Of a stretch of 64,000 bases of DNA, positions 53,601 through 64,000 are shown one piece after another. Origin of the DNA: Eledone cirrhosa (lineage: Eukaryota); assembly GCA_964016885.1 (NCBI GenBank), contig OZ024741.1:333622001-333686000 (forward strand). Reading direction: 5' to 3'. Each line of letters opens with the position of its first letter. The stretch's first letter is position 1. The translations under genes were made by a program, and so were the position numbers. Under the pieces are notes generated by a model. The model saw only the letters and a program-made list of their open reading frames with translations, was not told where the DNA came from and ran no database searches.

Positions 53601-55102
53601 TCTGCTGCCAGCAAGGCACTTAAACCCCAGACATCACTGACACTTATACTTCTGACAAGGCCACCAGCCCAACATTAAGATAGTGGGATGTGATTCAAGA
53701 CAGATTTAGGAGTTAATTCTTGTAGTTAAAATGACCCAATAGAGCAGATATTGTAAAACTGTGTATTGGGACACCTTAATGTGTCACCAAAAATCTATAG
53801 GTATGTTGTGAAATTAAGATAAATCTGAATAAATTTTTACAAATAATTGACTGTGAAGTAGGATGAACCAGTCAGTTTTGAGGATGAGTGTTCAAGTTGT
53901 TTGATCAATGGAACAGCTTCTTATGAAATTAACAGGTAAGTGGCTGAGTATTCCACAGACATGTACACGTAAAAAAGTATAGTCTGTTTCAAGCCTGGAG
54001 GGTCATCAGGCCAGTGCTTAGCCTGTTTTCTGTGGCATTAAGTGACAGAGTACAATACTACCCTTGGACAGGACTTCAGTCCATCGCAGGGATAAAGTCT
54101 GTCTCATGCTCTGAGGCTCGTCAGGCTGGTACTTATCCCAGTTTCCATGGCATAAAATGACTGAAAGTATAATACTCCCTCCTGGACAGGATGCCAGTCC
54201 ATTGCAGTGGTAAACCCCCAGCTGTAGCTGGTATCCATTTTCAGCTGAGTATACAGGGGCAATGTGAAATTCTAAAGATTATGTTATCATGTCTTTTTTT
54301 TTTAAAGATAATAGTGTGTGATTTGAGGGAGATTTGTTTGCTATTTCTAGAAATACATGTGACCACATACAGAATTGGTGTAATGTGTATAGGTAGTCAT
54401 GCTGTAGAAAAAACCAACTGCTATTTCTTGCAGTTCAAGTGATTGAATAAAGTAGAGGTTTCCAAACTCCATATTACATCACTTTAGAGTGTCACCTGTA
54501 ATCCATAGGTGTGTCATGAAATTCAGTCAAAGAAGTCATTGTGGCTATGAAGTAACATATTTTGACAGGTGATAGGAGGGGGTGATTTGAGTGAGATCTG
54601 GGTGCTATTTCTAGAAATGCATGTGATCAGAGAGTGAATTGCTATGAAACATGGTGGAGAGATGAATCTGTACTACTGAGCAAGAAGTATAGGTAATGGT
54701 GTTGTAGTAAAAACCAACAAAGACTGCTATAAATATATACATACAACAACTGATGACCTTTAAACCAATGATACTTCTTTTGAAATGTATGAACTTCATG
54801 TCGATGAAGTGGTGAGTTACAATGGCCAAGTGGATATTGTAATGGTCACTATGGCAGCTAAGAAGACAAGATCAGAGATATAACAATTTGATGGCAGACA
54901 ACCAAACAAGCTGGAAAATGCCATGTTGTTGTTATTGTTGTTGTTGTTGTATTTATTGTTTAACTCTCCCTCAAATCAAATCTGATTAACTACTCATGCT
55001 TTAAACACCAAACCACCCAAAACTGCCTCAAAGGGTTCAAATTTAACCCTTTAAACACCAATCCACATCCAAAACTGGTATGAGTTAAATTAAAAGCTTT
55101 AA

Positions 55103-55318
55103 CCCATTAGCATTTAAACTGGCCATATCTGGCCAGAATTATCTCAGCTATTTCTGTTCAAACCGGATATAACTAGCCGCTCATACTGATGTTAAGGTAT
55201 TGTTCTCAAAATAAATATCAAAATCTTAGATTCGATATTATGTTAGATAATTATGTGAGGAAAAAGATTTACTGTAAAAATACAATAGTAAATATAGAGT
55301 GATGTGAATGCTAAAGGG
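55103..55318. mobile_element. piggyBac-like MITE with TTAA TSD (truncated copy at 28632-28800)
   Basis: TTAA-CCCATTAGCATT ... AATGCTAAAGGG-TTAA. Confidence 0.8.
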
Positions 55319-55714
55319 TTAAACACCAAAACCATTCAAAACTGCCACAATTACAGTGTTCAAATATAACTTTTAAAACCAAATTGCCTAAAACTACCTC
55401 AATTAAGGGATTCAAATTTAACCCTTTAAACACAAAAACTGCTGCAATTAAAGTGTTCAAATTTAAATTTCATCCGAAATGGACCAGAATCTCATTATTA
55501 CTTACCACATAATATTAGATTTCAGTAGTTAAAGTTAATATAAAAAATGATGTGCTTATGTGTGGAGATGCTATAAAATAGCCTACAAAATAGGGTGAAG
55601 ACACTTAAAGATGGAAAAAGAAGTTGCCATCAGCCACAATGAGAAACTGAGTCCTACATCTCCCAGACACCAATATTTGTCTTTTATTATTAAGTAGAAA
55701 GCTTTTATTATTAA

Positions 55715-56100
55715 GGCAGTGGATTGGCAGTATCGATAGAGGGTCGGACACCATGCTTTGATGTAAAGAGTTACGGCCCTTTAGGGTCTGAGTTCAAATC
55801 CTGCCGAGGTTAACTTTGCCTTTCATCCTGATTGGGTCGATAAAATAAAGTACCAGTAATACACTGGGATAATTGTTGGCCTTGTGCCAAAAGTAGAAAC
55901 AATTATTAAGTAGAAAGGGCGGTGGATTGGCAGTATCGGTAGAGAGTCGGACGCTATGTTTTCCAGCATAGTTACGTCCCTTTACGGTCTGAGTTCAAAT
56001 CCCGCCATGGTTAACTTTGCCATCCTTTCGGGGTCGATAAAATAAAGTACCAGTAATGTACTGGGTAATTGATGGCCTTGTGCCAAAAGTAGAAACAATT
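55715..56100 (+). mobile_element. Two adjacent full-length family B SINEs
   Basis: ATTATTAAGTAGAAA at 55686, 55902 and 56098. Confidence 0.9.
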
Positions 56101-56845
56101 ATTAAGTAGAAAATTAATTATTTCACTAACCTCTTCATAATCATTGAACAGTAGTATATTTTTGCAAGATATACAGTCATCAAAGGGTTAATGTCCTGTA
56201 CTATATGAAACCACCCTTAACAAGACATTCTTGAAGAGTACAAAATAGCACAAGGATTGCATAATATTAAAATGTAAAGACCTTACTTTTATATTACACA
56301 TTTTTCCCAACAATCTGTCTCCTAGAAAATATACTACAAAAGTTTGAATTAACAAATCCAATTTAAAATTTTTTTTTGCTAAACCATTACAGGACATTAA
56401 AGGATTAATACAGTGCCTTTACACTGGAGAAACACAGCTGTGAGAGGGAACATGCCCTTATTACTTAGGGTAATCCAGGATCTATGCAGGGCCGTATTAT
56501 TCATAAGGCTGACACGAGTGAAGCGTAGGGGTCCACTAATTTTTGTTTTGCTTTGACATTTTTACCTGATGTTATTAGTGGAGTGAAAGACTAAAGTATC
56601 AGAGAGAGGGGTTAACCATTGGTTTATATGACCCCAAATCAGTTGGTCTTGATTAACCCTACATGGCTGTTTTTCAGTTGGCATGGTTCATTTCATCTCT
56701 TTTGTACACTGTTATTTTCCATAACTAGTTTTCCTAATTGATTCACTGGAAACGCCCATTGATTTTGTAATTTGTCCTTGCAACGTCCCATCAGTCATCA
56801 CTCTTTTGGCAAATGAAGAAACAATTATTATCATCATTATTGATT

Positions 56846-57078
56846 GGCAGTGGAATGGCAGAATCTGTAGAGCATTGGACAACATGCTTTGTGGCATAGA
56901 GTTACACGTTTTTATGTTCTGAGTTCAAATCCTGCTGAAGTTAACTTTGCCTTTCATCCTTAAGGGGTCGATAAAATAAAGTACCAGTAATGCACTGAGG
57001 TCAATTTAATCACCTTTTCCTCTCCCACAAAATTGTTAGCCTTGTGCCTAAATCAGAAACGATTATTATTATTATTAT
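56846..57078 (+). mobile_element. SINE family B, long variant
   Basis: Head, core and (ATT)n tail. Confidence 0.85.
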
Positions 57079-57679
57079 TAGTCAAAAGAGCATAAAAAAG
57101 AAATGCCTTGCAGTATTTGTTCTAGTTTTTTCCATATTGAGTTCAAATCCTGCTACGGTCAACTTTGCTTTTTATCCTTCTGAGTACCAGCCAAGTATTG
57201 GAGTCAATATAATTGACTTTCTTTTCCCTTCAAAAACTGCTGACTTGCGAGAGTAAGATGTTAGTTAGTTGAAGTCTGTTCTGAGCCCAGAGGCTCCTCA
57301 GACTAGTGCTTATCTCTGTTTCATTGGCGTTAAGCATCTGAGAGTACATGACAGGATGCCAGGCCATCACAGAGTTAACCCCAAGCTACTGCTGTTACCC
57401 ATTTTCAGCTGAGTTGACAGGAGCAAGGTGAAATGCTCTAATCCAAAAATTAAACACATTAAATGACATCCCAATCATAAGACTATCCCTCTAACCACTA
57501 ACCCAAGTGTCTTCACAAAACAAAATAACCCTTAGCTATTTCAATAGCAGGTTTTTATATGAGAGGGTTATTTTTGAGACTTAGCCAATAAAGTGCCTCT
57601 TATGTCTATGGCTTATTGTATAACATATTCATAAATATCGTACATTTTGTTATATTTTGATAACCATCCACATACACAT

Positions 57680-58885
57680 CCCTACGCAGTATCCACCACA
57701 TACATATTTTTACACTACAATATCCAGCACATGTTTATATATCTCTACACTGTACAATATTTACCACATATGTACATAACTCTACATTGTACGTTATCAA
57801 CCATATACATATCCCTACACTGTACAATATAAACCACATACATACACCTCTCTCTCTACACTATGCAACATTCACCTCACCTACATATTTTTACACTCTA
57901 CATTATCCACAACATACATATCTCTGTATGTATTTACCACATACATATCTCTACACTATACAATATCAAACACATACAAACATATTCAACACATACATAT
58001 CTGTATACTATCTCTACACTGTACAATATCCACCATCTACATTTCTCTACATTGTACAATATCCACCACATATTACATATCTCTACATTGTACAATATCC
58101 ACTACATACATACCTACCTAACTTTACACTGTACAATATTTACCACATATGTATCTCTACACTGTACACTATCCACCACATATGTATCTCTACATTGTAC
58201 AATAACCACCACATACATATTTTTACATTGTACAATAACCATGACATATGTATTTCTACATTGTACAATACCCACCACATATATACCTACATAACTTTAC
58301 ACCATACAATATTTACCTATCTCTACAATATCCAGCACCTACATGCATATTTCTACACTGTACAATATCCACCACATATTTACATATCTCTACACTGCAA
58401 TATCCACCATATACACACATATCTCTCTATTGTATAATATCAAACACAAACATATATATCTCCACTATACAATATCAACCACATACATACATATTACAAT
58501 GTACAATATCCACCACATATTTACATATCTCTACACTGCAATATCCACCATAAACACACATATCTCTCTACTGTATAATATCAAACACATACATATATAT
58601 CTACACTATACAATATCAACCACATACATACATATTACACTGTACAATATCCACCACATATTTACATATCTCTACACTGCAATATCCACCATATACACAC
58701 ATATCTCTCGACTGTATAATATCAAACACATACATATATATCTCTACACTATACAATATCAACCACATACATACATATCATTACACTGTACAATATCCAC
58801 CACATATTTACATATCTCTACACTACAATATCCACCATATACATACATGTATCACTATTGTACAATATCAACCACATACATATTT
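57680..58885. repeat. Degenerate ~30-35-bp minisatellite with ~141-bp higher-order units
   Basis: CTACACTGTACAATATCCACCACATA. HOR starts at ~58360, 58501, 58642 and 58788. Confidence 0.9.
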
Positions 58886-59099
58886 CTTTGGGGTGTTATC
58901 TCCCACAACACCCTCACATATTTTAGCACACACATGCAAAATGCATAGATATATACACAGATACACCCATCCACATACACACAGTAACAGACAAGAATAT
59001 TTACACATACACATACAATATAGTCCCAAAATACCAACAACATAGAACTTTTATATTCAATTGTTTCTCTTTATCTCTGCTACCTAATGCACAAACACA

Positions 59100-59133
<34 letters not shown>

Positions 59134-59409
59134 CTATCTATCTACCTATCTCCCCCCTCTCTCTCTCAGTCTATCTCTCTCTCTCTTGCTCTCTCTCAGT
59201 CTATCTCTCTCTCTCTCTCTCTCAGTCTATCTATCTCTGTCTCTCTCTCTCTCCCTCTCTCAGTCTATCTATATATCTCTCTCTCTCTCAGTCTATCTAT
59301 ATATATATATATATATCTCCCTCTCTCAGTCTATCTATATATATATATATATCTCAGTCTATCTATCTATTTGCTAACTTCTTTCTATATAGTGTATCTC
59401 TGTCTCTTT

Positions 59410-59758
59410 CCTCATACTACTACCCTTTCACATCACACCTCTCTCTATATTAACTATTATCTCTCTTCCTTTCTCCTCATACTACTACCCTTTCACATCA
59501 CACCTCTCTCTATATTAACTATTATCTCTTTTCCTTTCTCCTCATACTACTACCCTTTCACATCACACCTCTCTCTATATTAATTATTATCTCTCTTCCT
59601 CTTTCCTCATACTACTACCCTTTCACACCACACCTCTCTCTATATTAACTATTATCTCTCTTCCTTTCTCCTCATACTACTACCCTTTCACATCACACCT
59701 CTCTCTATATTAATTATTATTTCTCTTCCTCTTTCCTCATACTACTACCCTTTCACAC
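59410..59758. repeat. ~64-bp pyrimidine-rich minisatellite running into the gap
   Basis: CTCATACTACTACCCTTTCACATCACACCTCTCTCTATATTAACTATTATCTCTCTTCC, about 5.5 copies. Confidence 0.92.
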
Positions 59759-59958
59759 NNNNNNNNNNNNNNNNNNNNNNNNNNNNNNNNNNNNNNNNNN
59801 NNNNNNNNNNNNNNNNNNNNNNNNNNNNNNNNNNNNNNNNNNNNNNNNNNNNNNNNNNNNNNNNNNNNNNNNNNNNNNNNNNNNNNNNNNNNNNNNNNNN
59901 NNNNNNNNNNNNNNNNNNNNNNNNNNNNNNNNNNNNNNNNNNNNNNNNNNNNNNNNNN
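59759..59958. other. Assembly gap (200 N)
   Basis: Run of N. Confidence 1.
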
Positions 59959-60194
59959 CATCATCACCATCACTAGTACTACCACACCACCACACCACAC
60001 GACCGCCATTGACAACAACAAGAGCAGCATCAGCATCAACATCACCATTGAGCTAACTAGGGAGCCTTTGTAGTGTTGTTGTTCAACAAGATAGAAATAG
60101 TAGCCATTCTCCCACCTTCTCTAGAGAAGACAGACTGGATACTATATCCCTTGATATATATATATATATATATTTATGTGTGTATGTGTGTGTG

Positions 60195-60260
<66 letters not shown>

Positions 60261-60499
60261 CAGAGAAAGAAAGAGAGAGAGAGGGAGTTGAGAGATGTTA
60301 CTAGTTAAGACTAGTACGACCATTATTCAACTTAATATTCCATACTTAAAGAAAGTAAAGTACAGCTATTACAGGATGGGGAGCCCAATGGTCAAGCTTA
60401 AACCCTTACAATGGCCTGATGTGCAATTCCACCACTGCCACCACAATCATCCCCACCCCCATCAAAACAGTTTAAGCTTGACTGTCAGACTCCTCATCC

Positions 60500-61100
60500 T
60501 ATAATAATAATAATTGTTTCTACTTTAGGCACAAGGCCAGCAATAACCCAGTGCATTACTGGTACTTTATTTTATTGATCCCGTAAGGATGAAAGACAAA
60601 GTTAACCTCGGTGGGATAATAATGATGGGATCTGATTTAGGCACAAGGCCAGCAATTTGAAGGGGAGGAGAAAGTCGATTAAATCGACCCCAGTGTGTCA
60701 CTGGTACATTATTTTACCGACCCCATATGGAGGAAAGGCAAAACTAGCCTCAGTGGGATTTGAACTCAGAATGTAAAAGGCCTTAAATCTATTGCTTGCC
60801 AAGCATGGTGTTCGACGCTCTACCGATTCAACCAATTTACCGCTCTTATAATAATAATAATTGTTTCTACTATTTGGCACAAGGCATAACTGGTACTTTA
60901 TTTTATCGACCCCGTAAGGATGAAAGGCAAAGTTAACCTCGGCGGGATTTGAACTCAGAATGGCAAGGGCCGTAACTCTTGCGATTCTGAGTTCAAGTCC
61001 CGCCGAGGTTAAATAACAATAATTGTTTGATTTAGGCACAAGGCCAACATTTTGGGGGAGGGGATAGTCGATTAAATTTCCCCAATATGTTACTGGTACA
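60500..61100 (-). mobile_element. Cluster of ~4 family B SINE copies/fragments
   Basis: Repeated GGCACAAGGCC and GGATGAAAGGCAAAGTTAACCTC. Confidence 0.85.
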
Positions 61101-61737
61101 TTTTTTTACACTATGTTTGAAAAAATGACTAGGTGGAAAAAAAAATAAAATGACAAAAACCTTGACACAAATAAAACCAGGAACTCTTGTGGTTGTTTGA
61201 CCTGCTAAAAATAGTAGCCAAATTTATCTCCATTAGTACTCTAAAATTTGACCTTTTCCTACTAAACCACCTGAAACCACCCTTGATACAAAACTACTCA
61301 TTTTAAAATGTTTATCCTTCTATTAAAATCTTTCAAAATAATTTTATCAGCTTACTCAGGAAAAAACTTATTTTCTTAAATGTTTAGTTATTTTCGAAAT
61401 CAATTGAAATACATATAGAGTATAGTTCTATAGAAATATGATAATGAAATAGTTAAAAACTAAAAGACAAAGACACATTGGACAAAAGAAGAAAGAAAAA
61501 AACCCCAGAAAAAATGGGATGGTCACAACCGGAATACCTTTGGTCATAAGTCTGCTTCATTGGAACTGACCTAGGGCTAAACGATAATATGTTTAGACAT
61601 TGGTACAACATCACTCCTAACAATACCACCACCACCACCACTAACATTAACACTACAACCAACATTGTCATCAAGATTGTCAGCAACCACTACCTACAAC
61701 AACATTACCACTACAACCAACACAAACATTACCAGCA

Positions 61738-64000
61738 ACTACTACCTCCAACACTACCAACACTATTACCACCAGCACCAACACTACCACTACCTCCAAC
61801 ACTACCAACACTATTACCACCAGCACCAACACTACCACTACCTCCAACACTACCAACACTATTACCACCAGCACTAACACTACCACTACCTCCAACACTA
61901 CCAACACCATTACCACCAGCTCTAACACTACCAACACTATTACCACCAGCACCAACACTACCACTACCTCCAACACTACCAACACCATTACCACCAGCAC
62001 CAACACTACCACTACCTCCAACACTACCAACACTATTACCACCAGCACTAACACTACCACCCACTAACTCCAACACTACCAACACTATTACCACCAGCAC
62101 TAACACTACCACTACCTCCAACACTACCAACACTATTACCACCAGCACCAACACTACCACTACCTCCAACACTACCAATACTATTACCACCAGCACTAAC
62201 ACTACCACTACCTCCAACACTACCAACACTATTACCACCATCACCAACACTACCACTACCTCCAACACTACCAACACTATTACCACCAGCACTAACACTA
62301 CCACTACCTCCAACACTACCAACACTATTACCACCAGCACTAACACTACCACTACCTCCAACACTACCAACACTATTACCACCAGCACTAACACTACCAC
62401 TACCTCTAACACTACCAACACTATTACCACCAGCACTAACACTACCACTACCTCCAACACTACCAACACTATAACCACCAGCACTAACACTACCACTACC
62501 TCCAACACTACCAACACTATTACCACCAGCACCAACACTACCACTACCTCCAACACTACCAACACTATTACCACCAGCACCAACACTACCACTACCTCCA
62601 ACACTACCAACACTATTACCACCAGCACCAACACTACCACTACCTCCAACACTACCAACACTATTACCACCAGCACCAACACTACCACTACCTCCAACAC
62701 TACTAACACCATTACCACCAGCACTAACACTACCACTACCTCTAACACTACCAACACTATTACCACCAGCACTAACACTACCACTACCTCCAACACTACC
62801 AACACTATTACCACCAGCACTAACACTACCACTACCTCCAACACTACCAACACTATTACCACCAGCACTAACACTACCACTACCTCCAACACTACCAACA
62901 CTATTACCACCAGCACTAACACTACCACTACCTCCAACACTACCAACACTATTACCACCAGCACTAACACTACCACTACCTCCAACACTACTAACACTAT
63001 TACCACCAGCACTAACACTACCACTACCTCCAACACTACCAACACTATTACCACCAGCACCAACACTACCACTACCTCCAACACTACCAACACTATTACC
63101 ACCAGCACTAACACTACCACTACCTCCAACACTACCAACACTATTACCACCAGCACTAACACTACCACTACCTCCAACACTACCAACACTATTACCACCA
63201 GCACTAACACTACCACTACCTCCAACACTACCAACACTATTACCACCAGCACCAACACTACCACTACCTCCAACACTACCAACACTATTACCACCAGCAC
63301 TAACACTACCACTACCTCCAACACTACCAACACCATTACCACCAGCACTAACACTACCACTACCTCCAACACTACCAACACTATAACCACCAGCACCAAC
63401 ACTACCACTACCTCCAACACTACCAACACTATTACCACCAGCACTAACACTACCACTACCTCCAACACTACCAACACTATTACCACCAGCACTAACACTA
63501 CCACTACCTCCAACACTACCAACACTATTACCACCAGCACTAACACTACCACTACCTCCAACACTACTAACACTATTACCACCAGCACTAACACTACCAC
63601 TACCTCCAACACTACCAACACTATTACCACCAGCACCAACACTACCACTACCTCCAACACTACCAACACTATTACCACCAGCACTAACACTACCACTACC
63701 TCCAACACTACCAACACCATTACCACCAGCACTAACACTACCACTACCTCCAACACTACCAACACTATAACCACCAGCACCAACACTACCACTACCTCCA
63801 ACACTACCAACACTATTACCACCAGCACTAACACTACCACTACCTCCAACACTACCAACACTATTACCACCAGCACTAACACTACCACTACCTCCAACAC
63901 TACCAACACTATTACCACCAGCACTAACACTACCACTACCTCCAACACTACCAACACTATTACCACCAGCACCAACACTACCACTACCTCCAACACTACC
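61738..64000 (+). repeat. 48-bp minisatellite (AAC ACT ACC ACT ACC TCC AAC ACT ACC AAC ACT ATT ACC ACC AGC ACY), possibly a mucin-like exon
   Basis: About 47 units, open to the window end. The plus frame reads NTTTTSNTTNTITTST. Confidence 0.95.

Noticed and set aside
57787-58948. His/Tyr/Ile-rich ORFs of 100-216 aa
   Set aside because: They are overlapping frames of a stop-poor minisatellite.
61729-63996. 755-aa Val/Leu-rich ORF on the minus strand
   Set aside because: It is the antisense reading of the 48-bp repeat and implausibly hydrophobic.

Overview
Eukaryotic, AT-rich, repeat-dominated window. The SINE/RTE repertoire suggests an octopod cephalopod (inference). No intact host gene is recognisable. 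Bases 1-10926 are a ~35-bp satellite interrupted by a decayed RTE-clade LINE (1951-5340). A full-length but inactivated maT-like Tc1/mariner transposon follows (11192-12497). The rest is a mosaic of at least two tRNA-derived SINE families, RTE fragments, pogo/mariner/piggyBac-type MITEs, micro/minisatellites, a 200-N gap and a terminal 48-bp Thr/Asn-rich repeat. The most notable signal is a set of hammerhead-ribozyme (HHR) motifs in small elements inserted in (TA)n tracts. A 448-bp-period partial tandem at 15935-16582 carries a well-formed minimal type I HHR and looks like a retrozyme or Penelope-dependent element. A second, unrelated complete HHR lies at ~43701-43807, and several degenerate ones occur elsewhere. 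Also seen are a cluster of three ERE-type palindromes, a 4x AGGTCA DR4 array, a CCAAT/CHR-like module, and local evidence of LINE-SINE tail sharing. Coordinates of decayed repeats are approximate, and all folds were done by eye.
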